In this document: one piece after another, positions 1 to 8,665 of the stretch
Position numbering within the stretch: the stretch's first letter is position 1
Layout of the letters: each line of letters opens with the position of its first letter
DNA from: Nitrospinaceae bacterium
Lineage (GTDB): Bacteria > Nitrospinota > Nitrospinia > Nitrospinales > VA-1
DNA: 64,000 nt
NCBI GenBank assembly: GCA_021604505.1
Contig: BQJC01000004.1
Location: forward strand, 304,581 to 368,580
Direction of reading: 5' to 3'
The notes under the pieces: generated by a model
What the model saw: the letters and a program-made list of their open reading frames with translations, nothing else
Database searches by the model: none
Told to the model about the DNA's origin: nothing
Made by a program: the position numbers and the translations under genes

Positions 1-29
1 ACTTCCAATGGCCGCTGGTAGAGAAGTTT

Positions 30-497
30 ATGTCATTCATCTCGATCAAACAAAATTTTATTGTCCCTGGAGTGATCGCCGCAGTCCTGATTCTATGGGC
101 GTATAAGATGCGCGGGCTCGCCTGCCTGCTTGCCGGTGGAGCCGCGGTTGGGCTGACGGATTTCATCAGCCACAATTTCCTGAAAGAAATCGTGGCTCGG
201 CCCCGCCCCTGCCATACCCTGCCGGATTTGAACCACATCACCAATTGTTCCAACAGCTATTCTTTTCCATCCAACCACGCCGGCAATCTGTTCGCGGCGG
301 CGACTTTAATGAGCCTCAGCTTCAAGGATCTGACTTTTTTGGTTTACACCTGCGCCCTTTTGGTCGGCTATTCGCGGGTTTATCTGGCGGTCCACTACCC
401 GTCCGATGTGCTCGGTGGAGCGATTTTTGGTACCGTCATGGGTGTTCTGGGATATAAACTGCTGTACAAAAGATTTTGCAAATATTTGAAGGCTTAA
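30..497 (+). CDS. PAP2 family phosphatase (membrane)
   Basis: The 155-aa ORF carries the three PAP2 motifs KEIVARPRP, SFPSNHA and SRVYLAVHYPSD plus hydrophobic helices. The frame stays open to the window edge, so the true start could lie upstream. Confidence 0.8.
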   Translation: MSFISIKQNFIVPGVIAAVLILWAYKMRGLACLLAGGAAVGLTDFISHNFLKEIVARPRPCHTLPDLNHITNCSNSYSFPSNHAGNLFAAATLMSLSFKDLTFLVYTCALLVGYSRVYLAVHYPSDVLGGAIFGTVMGVLGYKLLYKRFCKYLKA

Positions 498-509
498 GAC
501 GTTTCTGAA

Positions 510-1586
510 ATGTCCAACCCAGGCAAAAAATTTTTATTCATTAAGGCGAGTTCATTGGGCGACGTTGTGCATGCACTGCCGGCCTTGAGAACCCTGCGTG
601 CCAATCATCCGGATTCTTTTATCGCCTGGGTGGTGGAAGCGCCCTACCAGGATCTGCTCTACAATAATCCCGATCTCGATGAGGTCATCGTCATACGAAC
701 CCGGCACTGGCGAAAGAACTGGAGTTTAATAACACTCAGGGAAATTCGGGAAACAATCTCCAAATTAAGAAAACACCGGTTCGCTGTAGCGCTCGACCTT
801 CAGGGATTGATCAAAACCGGGTTGATCGCTCTTCTCTCCGGCGCACGGCAACGCCTGGGTCTCCATCGCAAAAACTGCAAGGAACCGTTGAACGCTCTTT
901 TCACCAACAAAAGGGCTTCTTATAGAGAACAAGGGGTCCACGTGGTGGACATTTACCTCAACCTGATTAAAATGACGGGAGGCGGCCAACGGCCTTCTCA
1001 ACCGCACCCCCTGGAAGTTCCCGATGAAGCCCATACCGCGGTCGATCGGTTTTTTCAGGAGAACCCGGAAATATCGGGGAAACCAATCGCAGTCATCAAT
1101 CCGGGAGCCGGATTCCAGACCAAGCAATGGAAACTGGCACGCTTCGCAAAACTCGGCGACCGGATCGTTGATGAACTGGGTTTTTCCGTGTTGCTCGCCT
1201 GGGGGCCTGGTGAAAAAGGCATGGCGGAACAAATCGCAGGCGAGATGAAGCAAAATTCCTGGATCGCACCCAGGACATCCATTCAGGAATCGATCGCCCT
1301 GTTTCGTCACGCGGCATTGATGATCAGCTGCGATTCCGGTCCGCTTCACCTGTGCGCCGCAATGGGCATTCCCACGGTATCCATTTTCGGCCCGACGGAC
1401 CCGGCGCGCAATGGTCCCTACGGGCACAATCATCAAGTCGTGTATAAAACGCTTCCCTGTAGTTTTTGCTGGAAAAAAACCTGCGCCATTCAGACACACG
1501 ACTGCATGGAACAGATCGAAGTGGAAGAAGTGTTTGAGACGGTCAAAACGAGTGTCTCAAAATTTATAAAATTGACGGCTTCTTAA
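510..1586 (+). CDS. Glycosyltransferase family 9 (LPS heptosyltransferase-like)
   Basis: 358 aa. It has the N-terminal KFLFIKASSLGDVVHALPAL and C-terminal DSGPLHLCAAMGIPTVSIFGPTDP segments typical of GT9. Confidence 0.85.
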   Translation: MSNPGKKFLFIKASSLGDVVHALPALRTLRANHPDSFIAWVVEAPYQDLLYNNPDLDEVIVIRTRHWRKNWSLITLREIRETISKLRKHRFAVALDLQGLIKTGLIALLSGARQRLGLHRKNCKEPLNALFTNKRASYREQGVHVVDIYLNLIKMTGGGQRPSQPHPLEVPDEAHTAVDRFFQENPEISGKPIAVINPGAGFQTKQWKLARFAKLGDRIVDELGFSVLLAWGPGEKGMAEQIAGEMKQNSWIAPRTSIQESIALFRHAALMISCDSGPLHLCAAMGIPTVSIFGPTDPARNGPYGHNHQVVYKTLPCSFCWKKTCAIQTHDCMEQIEVEEVFETVKTSVSKFIKLTAS

Positions 1587-1620
1587 GCCAACCAAAACGC
1601 TTTCATAATGAGGTAATAAA

Positions 1621-1791
1621 ATGGCAATCGATAAGGAATTGCTTGAAATCCTGGTGTGTCCTAAATGCAAGGGCGACCTTGAACTGACCCCCGAAGAAGA
1701 CGGGGTCATCTGCAACGCCTGCAAACTGCAATATCCTATCAAGGAGGATATTCCCATCATGCTGATCGATGAAGCCATTCCCCTGGACTGA
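1621..1791 (+). CDS. Trm112/YcaR (UPF0434) family small zinc-ribbon protein
   Basis: This 56-aa ORF is below the ORF-track cutoff. A GAGG RBS lies about 8 nt upstream. The sequence MAIDKELLEILVCPKCKGDLELTPEEDGVICNACKLQYPIKEDIPIMLIDEA matches the Trm112 pattern. Confidence 0.75.
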   Translation: MAIDKELLEILVCPKCKGDLELTPEEDGVICNACKLQYPIKEDIPIMLIDEAIPLD

Positions 1792-1845
1792 GACGTTCTT
1801 CAATTTTTTTCCGCGCAGGTCCGGTGCTGAAAGGGGCATGAATTC

Positions 1846-2937
1846 ATGGGCCCGAATTTAAACCGATTAGAAAAGGTCGCCAAAAATGTCCTATGGAGTG
1901 CGCTCGGTTTAATTTTCTCCAAAAGGGAGAAACAACAGCTTCCCCTCGACCTTTCAAAAATCAAATCGGTGCTGGTGCTACGCCCCGACCGGCTGGGAGA
2001 TGTCGTGCTCTCCACACCCGTCTATGAATCCATCAAGGCATCGCTTCCCGGCGTGAGGCTGACCGCACTGGTCAACAAGTCCAACACAGGGCTACTCAAA
2101 AACAACCCAAACGTCGATGAGATTCTCGCGTGGAATCCGAAACGGCCCTGGAGCATTTTCAGGCGCTTACGGCGGGAAAAGTTCGACCTGGCCTTCACCC
2201 TGAATAAAACCTTCAGCGCGACGGCCTCCGTTCTCACTCACTTATCGGGGGCCGCCTGCCGGGTCGGATATAAAAGCACGCAGAACGCCTGGATCTATGA
2301 TATGCAGGTAGCCACCGACGGCGAACCCAGGCATGAAATCGAAAACAACCTGGAGCTTTTAAAGGCCGCAGGAATGACAGAGGTCAACTCGGCGCCTGCC
2401 TTGTTTTTTGACGTGCAGGAGACGGAAAAAATTGCCGCCCTTCTTAAAGAAAAAAGAAAACATCCTGACCGCCGGTTGATCCTCATCAAACCCGGAACCC
2501 GTGTTCCCGAATGGGGATGGCGGCTGAATAAATTTCGAAAAGTGACAGAGGAACTTTTAAAATCAGAAACGGTGGAGGTTTTCCTCATCAGCGGCCCCGG
2601 AGAAGGAAAACTCACCGATGATTTCATGAGAGGCATGAAACGCCCCCCAGTGCGCCTTCCGCCCCTGTCGGTCAACGAACTGGCATTGCTGATTCAAAAA
2701 AGCGGACTTCTACTTTGCAACCACACAGGGATCATGCATCTGGCCTCAGCGGTGAGGACGCCTGTATTGGCAATATTTAAACATGGAGAGATCGCACGCT
2801 GGGGACCGTACAATACTCCGAACGTTGTCCTGGAAGAAAGAAACTCCGAGGCGCTTTCCCCGGAAACCGTGCTCCAATCCATAAATGAACTATTGGGAAG
2901 AGCAAAAAGCGAACTTCAGGAAGAACTTGAACTTTGA
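1846..2937 (+). CDS. Glycosyltransferase family 9 (second heptosyltransferase-like paralogue)
   Basis: 363 aa. GT9 hallmarks VLRPDRLGDVVLSTP and NHTGIMHLASAVRTPVLAIF are present. An AAGGGG RBS lies upstream of the ATG. Confidence 0.8.
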   Translation: MGPNLNRLEKVAKNVLWSALGLIFSKREKQQLPLDLSKIKSVLVLRPDRLGDVVLSTPVYESIKASLPGVRLTALVNKSNTGLLKNNPNVDEILAWNPKRPWSIFRRLRREKFDLAFTLNKTFSATASVLTHLSGAACRVGYKSTQNAWIYDMQVATDGEPRHEIENNLELLKAAGMTEVNSAPALFFDVQETEKIAALLKEKRKHPDRRLILIKPGTRVPEWGWRLNKFRKVTEELLKSETVEVFLISGPGEGKLTDDFMRGMKRPPVRLPPLSVNELALLIQKSGLLLCNHTGIMHLASAVRTPVLAIFKHGEIARWGPYNTPNVVLEERNSEALSPETVLQSINELLGRAKSELQEELEL

Positions 2938-3019
2938 CCGCCTTCTTATCTATTATGACAGTTAACAGCATCTCTTGCATCCAACACATGAAGATCCTCT
3001 TTTTCAGGAATTTAAATCC

Positions 3020-4522
3020 ATGAACGATCAAAACGCCAGAAAAACGCCTAACCAGGCAGTAAGCACCAACGGGCTCATATTTAACGAACCGGTCATCTTC
3101 GACATGGGGTCCCCCGGAAGGCACGCCTATTCTCTTCCCGAATGCGATGTGCCGGAAATCGAAATAGAGACCCTTCTGCCTCCGGATGAAATCCGCGGAC
3201 CGATCGACGACTTTCCCGAACTGAGCGAACTCGATGTGGTCCGGCACTTCACGAGGCTTTCGCAGTGGAACTTCAGCATCGACACCAATTTTTACCCATT
3301 GGGGTCGTGCACCATGAAGTACAATCCCAAGATCAATGAAGATATGGCCAGGCTCCCTGGCTTCAGCCAGCATCACCCCTTAACGCCGGAGCCATTTTCC
3401 CAGGGCAGTCTGCAACTGCTGTTCGAGCTTCAGGAATGCTTAAAAGAAATCAGCGGCATGCAACACGTGAGCCTGCAACCCGCCGCCGGCGCTCAAGGCG
3501 AATTCGCGGGCATGCTCATGATTCACGCTTATCATACGGCTCAGGGCAAACCGAAAACCAAAGTCCTGCTCCCGGATTCCGCCCACGGGACCAACCCGGC
3601 AAGCGCGGCGCTCTGCGGATACGCGGCGGTGCAGATCCCCTCTGACAAGGAAGGGTTGATCGACATCGACCGGCTCAACCAGTTGATGGACGAAGACACC
3701 GCGGCGATCATGCTGACCAACCCCAACACCCTGGGGATGTTTGAAAAAAATATTCTAGAGATCACCGACATCGTGCATAAAAAAGGCGGACTGGTCTACT
3801 GCGACGGCGCCAATCTGAACGCCATCATGGGGAAAACCAAAATGGGCGACATGGGCATCGACGTCCTGCATTTCAACCTGCACAAAACCTTTTCCACACC
3901 GCATGGCGGCGGCGGACCAGGAGCGGGACCGGTCGGAATTAATTCCAAACTCGAACCGTTTCTTCCGACTCCGGTGATCGAGAAAAAAGGCTCCAAATAC
4001 CGCATGAATATGGACCGCCCGCAAAGCATCGGCAGGATGAAAGCATTTTACGGCAACTTCGGCATCCTCGTCCGCGCCTATGCGTTCATTCGATCCCTGG
4101 GCGCGGAAGGCGTCAAACAAGCGGCAGAGGGAGCGGTGCTCAACTCCAACTACATCAAATCGCAGTTGAAAGACACCTATCACCTCCCCTACCCCGGCCC
4201 GAGTCTGCACGAGTGCGTCTTCAACGACAAAAACCAGGCTCCCAAAGTCACGACCATGGACATTGCCAAGGCGCTCATCGACAAAGGGTTTCATCCGCCG
4301 ACGGTGTATTTCCCGCTGATCGTGAGAGCCGCGCTGATGGTCGAGCCGACGGAATCCGAATCGAAAGAAACCCTCGACCAGTTCATCGAAGCCATGAAGG
4401 ACATCGCCCAACAGGCAAAAGACGATCCCGACAGCCTCCACGACACGCCCAAACTGCCGAAAGTCTCCCGCCCCGATGAGGCCCACGCCGCAAGGCACCC
4501 CAAACTGAGGTGGAGGAAATAA
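3020..4522 (+). CDS. gcvPB: Glycine dehydrogenase (aminomethyl-transferring) subunit 2
   Basis: FYPLGSCTMKYNPK and the PLP-lysine region NLHKTFSTPHGGGGPGAGPV are diagnostic of GcvPB. I chose the internal ATG at 3020 (MNDQNARK...) over the ORF-track start at 2975. Confidence 0.9.
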   Translation: MNDQNARKTPNQAVSTNGLIFNEPVIFDMGSPGRHAYSLPECDVPEIEIETLLPPDEIRGPIDDFPELSELDVVRHFTRLSQWNFSIDTNFYPLGSCTMKYNPKINEDMARLPGFSQHHPLTPEPFSQGSLQLLFELQECLKEISGMQHVSLQPAAGAQGEFAGMLMIHAYHTAQGKPKTKVLLPDSAHGTNPASAALCGYAAVQIPSDKEGLIDIDRLNQLMDEDTAAIMLTNPNTLGMFEKNILEITDIVHKKGGLVYCDGANLNAIMGKTKMGDMGIDVLHFNLHKTFSTPHGGGGPGAGPVGINSKLEPFLPTPVIEKKGSKYRMNMDRPQSIGRMKAFYGNFGILVRAYAFIRSLGAEGVKQAAEGAVLNSNYIKSQLKDTYHLPYPGPSLHECVFNDKNQAPKVTTMDIAKALIDKGFHPPTVYFPLIVRAALMVEPTESESKETLDQFIEAMKDIAQQAKDDPDSLHDTPKLPKVSRPDEAHAARHPKLRWRK

Positions 4523-4695
4523 AAATTAAGTCTCGCAATTACCCTCCTTTTTCATACCCTTAGAAATTTAGGATGACCGAAGTTATTATAAAATAAAGGT
4601 TTTATATTCTTAAACTTTGATTTCCAAATTCTTGCGATGGTAGAATTCTTCTCATGGTTTGATATTGCTATCTGTTTTTTTGGGAATAGGTTCAA

Positions 4696-5814
4696 ATGAA
4701 ATCTGAAAATTGTGCAAAAAATAATTGGTGGCTCGCATTTTCCCTAGTTCTGATTGTTTTAACAGGGTGTATTAATACAGCGCAACTTGTTGTAAACGAA
4801 GAAGCAGAAGTCAAGAGTTACTCCGATCTATATTTTATCGGGCCAGAGGAAGATCCGAGAGAAATTGTTCCTATAGTGATGGAAAAGTTTAAGGAATTAG
4901 GTTTTAACATCAAAATTGTTAATCAGGATGAGCCATTAAGTGGTCAGGGAACAGGCTTTGTAATTTCTAGAAGGGGTTACATTATTACCTGCGCTCATGT
5001 AATGGGAGAACAGCGTGACGCAACGATTTGGATTGCTGGTCAAAGGTACGAAGCAGACGTCATTAGCGCCAACAAGGAAAAAGATTTAGCCGTTTTAAAA
5101 ACTAGAACCTCCCTTAATCCTCAAATAAACCCCTTAAGTTTTCGGATAAACCCTGAACCTAAAATGGGCGAAAATGTTTACACCATTGGCTTCCCAATGT
5201 CCCACCTTTTAGGAGACAGTGCCAGACTGAGTAAAGGCCTGATAAACGCTACAAAAGGTTTAAAGGACGATCCAAATCAAGTTCAAATATCCACCGAAGT
5301 ACAGCCAGGGAACAGCGGGGGACCTTTATTTGATGACAATGGTGTTGTGCTTGGAATTATTCAACAAACGCTCGCACCATCCAAAGTATTCAATCAATCC
5401 GGTGGTCTACCACAAAATGTCAACTTTGCCATTAGATCCAAGGTAGTTCTTGACTATATAAAGGCAGAAAATAATAACCTGTATCAAGAAATATTGTTTG
5501 GCCAAAATAGAAGCATCGCTGATATCGAGGGTTCAGCAGCGAAGATCATGACTGGAATTATCCCTGAAGGGTCGGAAAAAATTCCTAAATTAATTGCTGT
5601 TTTAGACTACAAAAGCATTTGGGATTTATGGTTTAAATTTAAATATTTTACTATCGCATTTTATGATTTCAATTCCAGAGAACCCTTATTTGCTGCGGGA
5701 CAAGGGTATTTAAATATTAATAGTACACTAAATTCGGTGATCGAAGATACTTTTGATCACATTCGCAAAGCACTAAAGAAAAATCTCATAAACAAAAAAA
5801 ACATTAGTGAGTAA
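4696..5814 (+). CDS. Trypsin-like (S1 family) serine protease lipoprotein with uncharacterised C-terminal domain
   Basis: There is a lipobox (LVLIVLTGC). Catalytic-triad contexts are TCAHV, DLAVLK and GNSGGPLFD. The roughly 130-aa C-terminal region has no motif I recognise. The gene is visibly AT-rich. Confidence 0.7.
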   Translation: MKSENCAKNNWWLAFSLVLIVLTGCINTAQLVVNEEAEVKSYSDLYFIGPEEDPREIVPIVMEKFKELGFNIKIVNQDEPLSGQGTGFVISRRGYIITCAHVMGEQRDATIWIAGQRYEADVISANKEKDLAVLKTRTSLNPQINPLSFRINPEPKMGENVYTIGFPMSHLLGDSARLSKGLINATKGLKDDPNQVQISTEVQPGNSGGPLFDDNGVVLGIIQQTLAPSKVFNQSGGLPQNVNFAIRSKVVLDYIKAENNNLYQEILFGQNRSIADIEGSAAKIMTGIIPEGSEKIPKLIAVLDYKSIWDLWFKFKYFTIAFYDFNSREPLFAAGQGYLNINSTLNSVIEDTFDHIRKALKKNLINKKNISE

Positions 5815-5834
5815 CAAGGGTTGCAGACCAACTA

Positions 5835-6104
5835 ATGGAACTTTCAACTCTGAGTCAACTAAAAAACATTGGCAAGAACGTTGAAAAACGATTGAATGAG
5901 ATTGGTGTTTATTCCAGAGCGGATTTGAACAAAATTGGCTCCGCAAAAGCCTATCAACAGTTATCCCAAAAACAACCGGGCAACCACCTGCCCGTTTGCT
6001 ATTATCTTTATTCCCTGGAAGGCGCGTTAAAAAATAAACATTGGGATGAGTTTTCGGAAAGTGAAAAGAAAAAGTTGCGGATGAAAGCTGGACTTGGGAA
6101 ATAG
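5835..6104 (+). CDS. TfoX C-terminal domain-only protein
   Basis: 89 aa. LKNIGKNVEKRLNEIGVYSRADLNKIGSAKAYQQL...LYSLEGAL resembles the HhH-like TfoX_C domain. Confidence 0.6.
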   Translation: MELSTLSQLKNIGKNVEKRLNEIGVYSRADLNKIGSAKAYQQLSQKQPGNHLPVCYYLYSLEGALKNKHWDEFSESEKKKLRMKAGLGK

Positions 6105-6133
6105 TCTTCGCTATCGGACACGTCTTTAGGTTT

Positions 6134-7120
6134 TCAGGGAGCTATAAGCTGTTGTGCTTCACAATCCCAGCGCCAGAGACAAGTGTCGCTCAACTCGGTT
6201 CCGCCCCACCAGAAATGAATATCATTGCGTCGCGCGTGGTCTTCCTCGCCTGAAAGCACGGCCTCCCCAAAGGCCGTCAGATTGAGTATAGCCGCCAGGA
6301 AGGTTTTCCTCTCATTGTCATTTTTGTAGGCGTCCAACGAAAAATCTTCAAGGCCGGAAATCAGCGGTTCTCTGGCATGAACTAAACCCATCAATCGATC
6401 GAAAAAACTCCAATCGCCCATGAACTGAGCTTCTTCCATTTTCTGTGAAGCACGGAAAAGTTCCCGTGCGTCCAACACGCCTCTATCAATCAGGGAGATT
6501 ATTTGTCGTTCGCTCCGTAAAAGCCCTGTTGAGAGTGCTGGCAGTTCCTCCAGCATACGAAGAACCGAAGGCTTCAGAAAAGGCAAAGCGCTCAAGTCTT
6601 TCTCGAGCAAAGCAGCAAAGCTTAACGGAGTCGGTTGACGAAAGGCCCGCCAGGCCTCTTCTGCCAAGTTGAGTTGCGCAGCTGAAATACGCTCCTTTCG
6701 ATCCAAAAACTGGCCAATCGTTTGCGGGGTTTGAGTCCCTAGAAAATCATCCGCCTGCACTAAAAACCACTCATCGTTTTTCTTAGGATGCGTTGCAATA
6801 AAATCCAGGATCTGAAGCAATTGTAATTGGTCGTAAAGATCATGCTCGAACCATAAGACCGCGCTTTCATACTGATCCACATCCGCAAGCAAATCATCTC
6901 TCTCTTTAAAACCGTTTTCCACTTGATCTGAACCCGTCCAGCCTTTATCAGCAAGATACTTCGCCCGGATCAAAGACAATGAATCTAAATCATCGGTGAG
7001 CGGTACCGGTCCTTCATGCAGGACATCTCTCCATGGCAACCAATGATCTCCAATTTTGGCAGTCTTTAAAAGATCAACCGCCGAATCTCCATTAGTGATG
7101 ATCAACTCTTGTGCTTTCAC
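6134..7120 (-). CDS. DUF1835/DUF3658-like protein
   Basis: 328 aa. The N-terminus IITNGDSAVDLLK...LHEGPVP matches the DUF1835 pattern as I remember it. Function is unknown. Confidence 0.6.
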   Translation of the reverse strand: MKAQELIITNGDSAVDLLKTAKIGDHWLPWRDVLHEGPVPLTDDLDSLSLIRAKYLADKGWTGSDQVENGFKERDDLLADVDQYESAVLWFEHDLYDQLQLLQILDFIATHPKKNDEWFLVQADDFLGTQTPQTIGQFLDRKERISAAQLNLAEEAWRAFRQPTPLSFAALLEKDLSALPFLKPSVLRMLEELPALSTGLLRSERQIISLIDRGVLDARELFRASQKMEEAQFMGDWSFFDRLMGLVHAREPLISGLEDFSLDAYKNDNERKTFLAAILNLTAFGEAVLSGEEDHARRNDIHFWWGGTELSDTCLWRWDCEAQQLIAP

Positions 7121-7806
7121 GACTTTTTCTTCTTCTTTCGTTCCAAGGTTTTTTTGATATAGGCAACAGCATCGGGCGTTTTACAGCTGGTCTCGCCGTG
7201 ATCGACTTCCACCTTGCCGATGCGTTTGGCGATCGCAATGGCCTTCTTTTGCAGGGTCGAATTGCGAATTCCTATGGCAATCAATGCCATGTTCATCGCG
7301 TGCCTCACGCGGTTCTTACTTTTATGAATATCCGCCTCAATTCTGCCTAGAAAATTTTCAAGATACTGATTGGATAGCGCTTCATTGCCCATTGCAAGTT
7401 CGGTGAGCATATTCCACCCCGTGCTTGAAATCCACTCCCTTTTGGCTTTTGTCCATTTTTCCATGCATTTTTTGGCTTGCGGACCCTGACTCACCAGTTC
7501 AGAAAAAAGACCGACCAGAACCTTATTATTCAAAACCCGAATCCAATCATTCAACAGTCGCCCTTTCATTTCCATGGGGTCGGCGATCATGCAGGCCAAC
7601 ACACGCGCATCGTGGTTTCCCGTTTCCCAGAGTTCAAGGGCCATTAGATGGTTTTTTTTGATCTTTTTCTTTAACTTGCCCAGGTTGGCGTAACTCACTC
7701 CATACTGCTCGTCCACGACACCATGCCGGGCAAAAATTTTGCGGTTTTGAGCCGTCCCCAATTTTTTGAGCTCGCCGAGAATCTTTTTGGCTTCTTTACT
7801 CTGCAT
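7117..7806 (-). CDS. DNA alkylation repair protein (AlkC/AlkD-like HEAT repeat family)
   Basis: KILGELKKLGTAQNRKIFARHGV...YGVSYANLGKLKKKI...ALELWETGNHDARVLA is typical for this family. I chose the start at the ATG at 7806 (MQSKEAKK) rather than 7896. Confidence 0.7.
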   Translation of the reverse strand: MQSKEAKKILGELKKLGTAQNRKIFARHGVVDEQYGVSYANLGKLKKKIKKNHLMALELWETGNHDARVLACMIADPMEMKGRLLNDWIRVLNNKVLVGLFSELVSQGPQAKKCMEKWTKAKREWISSTGWNMLTELAMGNEALSNQYLENFLGRIEADIHKSKNRVRHAMNMALIAIGIRNSTLQKKAIAIAKRIGKVEVDHGETSCKTPDAVAYIKKTLERKKKKKS

Positions 7807-8623
7807 CGGGCGTGAGAGTCCTCCTTCTAAAACCACCTTCTGTGGACAAATCAAACTCACTGTCGGGAACGGGTTGTAGAGCTTGCATCGCATCATGAGC
7901 GTGGGAATGGTTGTCTTCCGGAAACCCGAACTCTTCCGGATCCACCGTATGCAGATAGCCGTGCATTTGCATCAAAAACAACAAGGCCCCAGCCGCAATA
8001 ATCCCCTTATTGGACACCGAACTGATTGGCTGGAAAGATTTCGTTCGCCGCCATTTGAAGAGCAAAGCCACCATAATGCACAAGGCGCCTATCTGCCCCA
8101 ATTCAATCCCCAGATTGAACGAGAGAATTCTGAGCACAATGCCGTCTTCTCCTAATGGAAGCTGTTGCAACCGGGTGGACAATCCAAATCCGTGAATGAA
8201 GCCCAGCAGAAATATCATCAGAAGAAGATTGGGAGGTTTCTCGAAAAATTTCTTGAACCCGCCTAAATTTTCGTAACCGATGTAGCAAACACTGAGTGCG
8301 ATCACCGCGTCGATGAGCCAGACATTGGCGGTGACACCCATGAGCGTGGCGGAAATCAAAGTGATGCTGTGTCCAATCGTGAACGCGGTGATGTATTTCA
8401 CAACATCCATGAAGGTGGTCAAAAAGAACACGATGCCGAACACAAACAGAAGGTGGTCGTAGCCGGTCAGCATGTGGGTGGCTCCAAGCCACATGTATTG
8501 CAGATAGCCCCCATCGAGCATGGCTTGTTTATCGGCTTCGGACATGCCATGCGGAAAACCCGATTCCGTGATCACGAGAAAAAATGAAATCCATATCATG
8601 CAAAACAGTGTTTTTGGTTTCAT
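7796..8623 (-). CDS. HupE/UreJ family metal (Ni/Co) transporter-like membrane protein
   Basis: GATHMLTGYDHLLFVFG, AFTIGHSITL and GFIHGFGLS motifs are present. It has a signal/TM N-terminus and a His/acidic-rich C-terminal tail. The start is set at MKPKTLF. Confidence 0.75.
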   Translation of the reverse strand: MKPKTLFCMIWISFFLVITESGFPHGMSEADKQAMLDGGYLQYMWLGATHMLTGYDHLLFVFGIVFFLTTFMDVVKYITAFTIGHSITLISATLMGVTANVWLIDAVIALSVCYIGYENLGGFKKFFEKPPNLLLMIFLLGFIHGFGLSTRLQQLPLGEDGIVLRILSFNLGIELGQIGALCIMVALLFKWRRTKSFQPISSVSNKGIIAAGALLFLMQMHGYLHTVDPEEFGFPEDNHSHAHDAMQALQPVPDSEFDLSTEGGFRRRTLTPDAE

Positions 8624-8665
8624 GAGGCGGCCTGTTTTATTAAAGGATCTAGAAAACACCTGCAA

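Noticed and set aside
3755-4498. A 247-aa minus-strand ORF
   Set aside because: It is antisense to gcvPB, whose PLP-site motif is unambiguous. No motifs are present.
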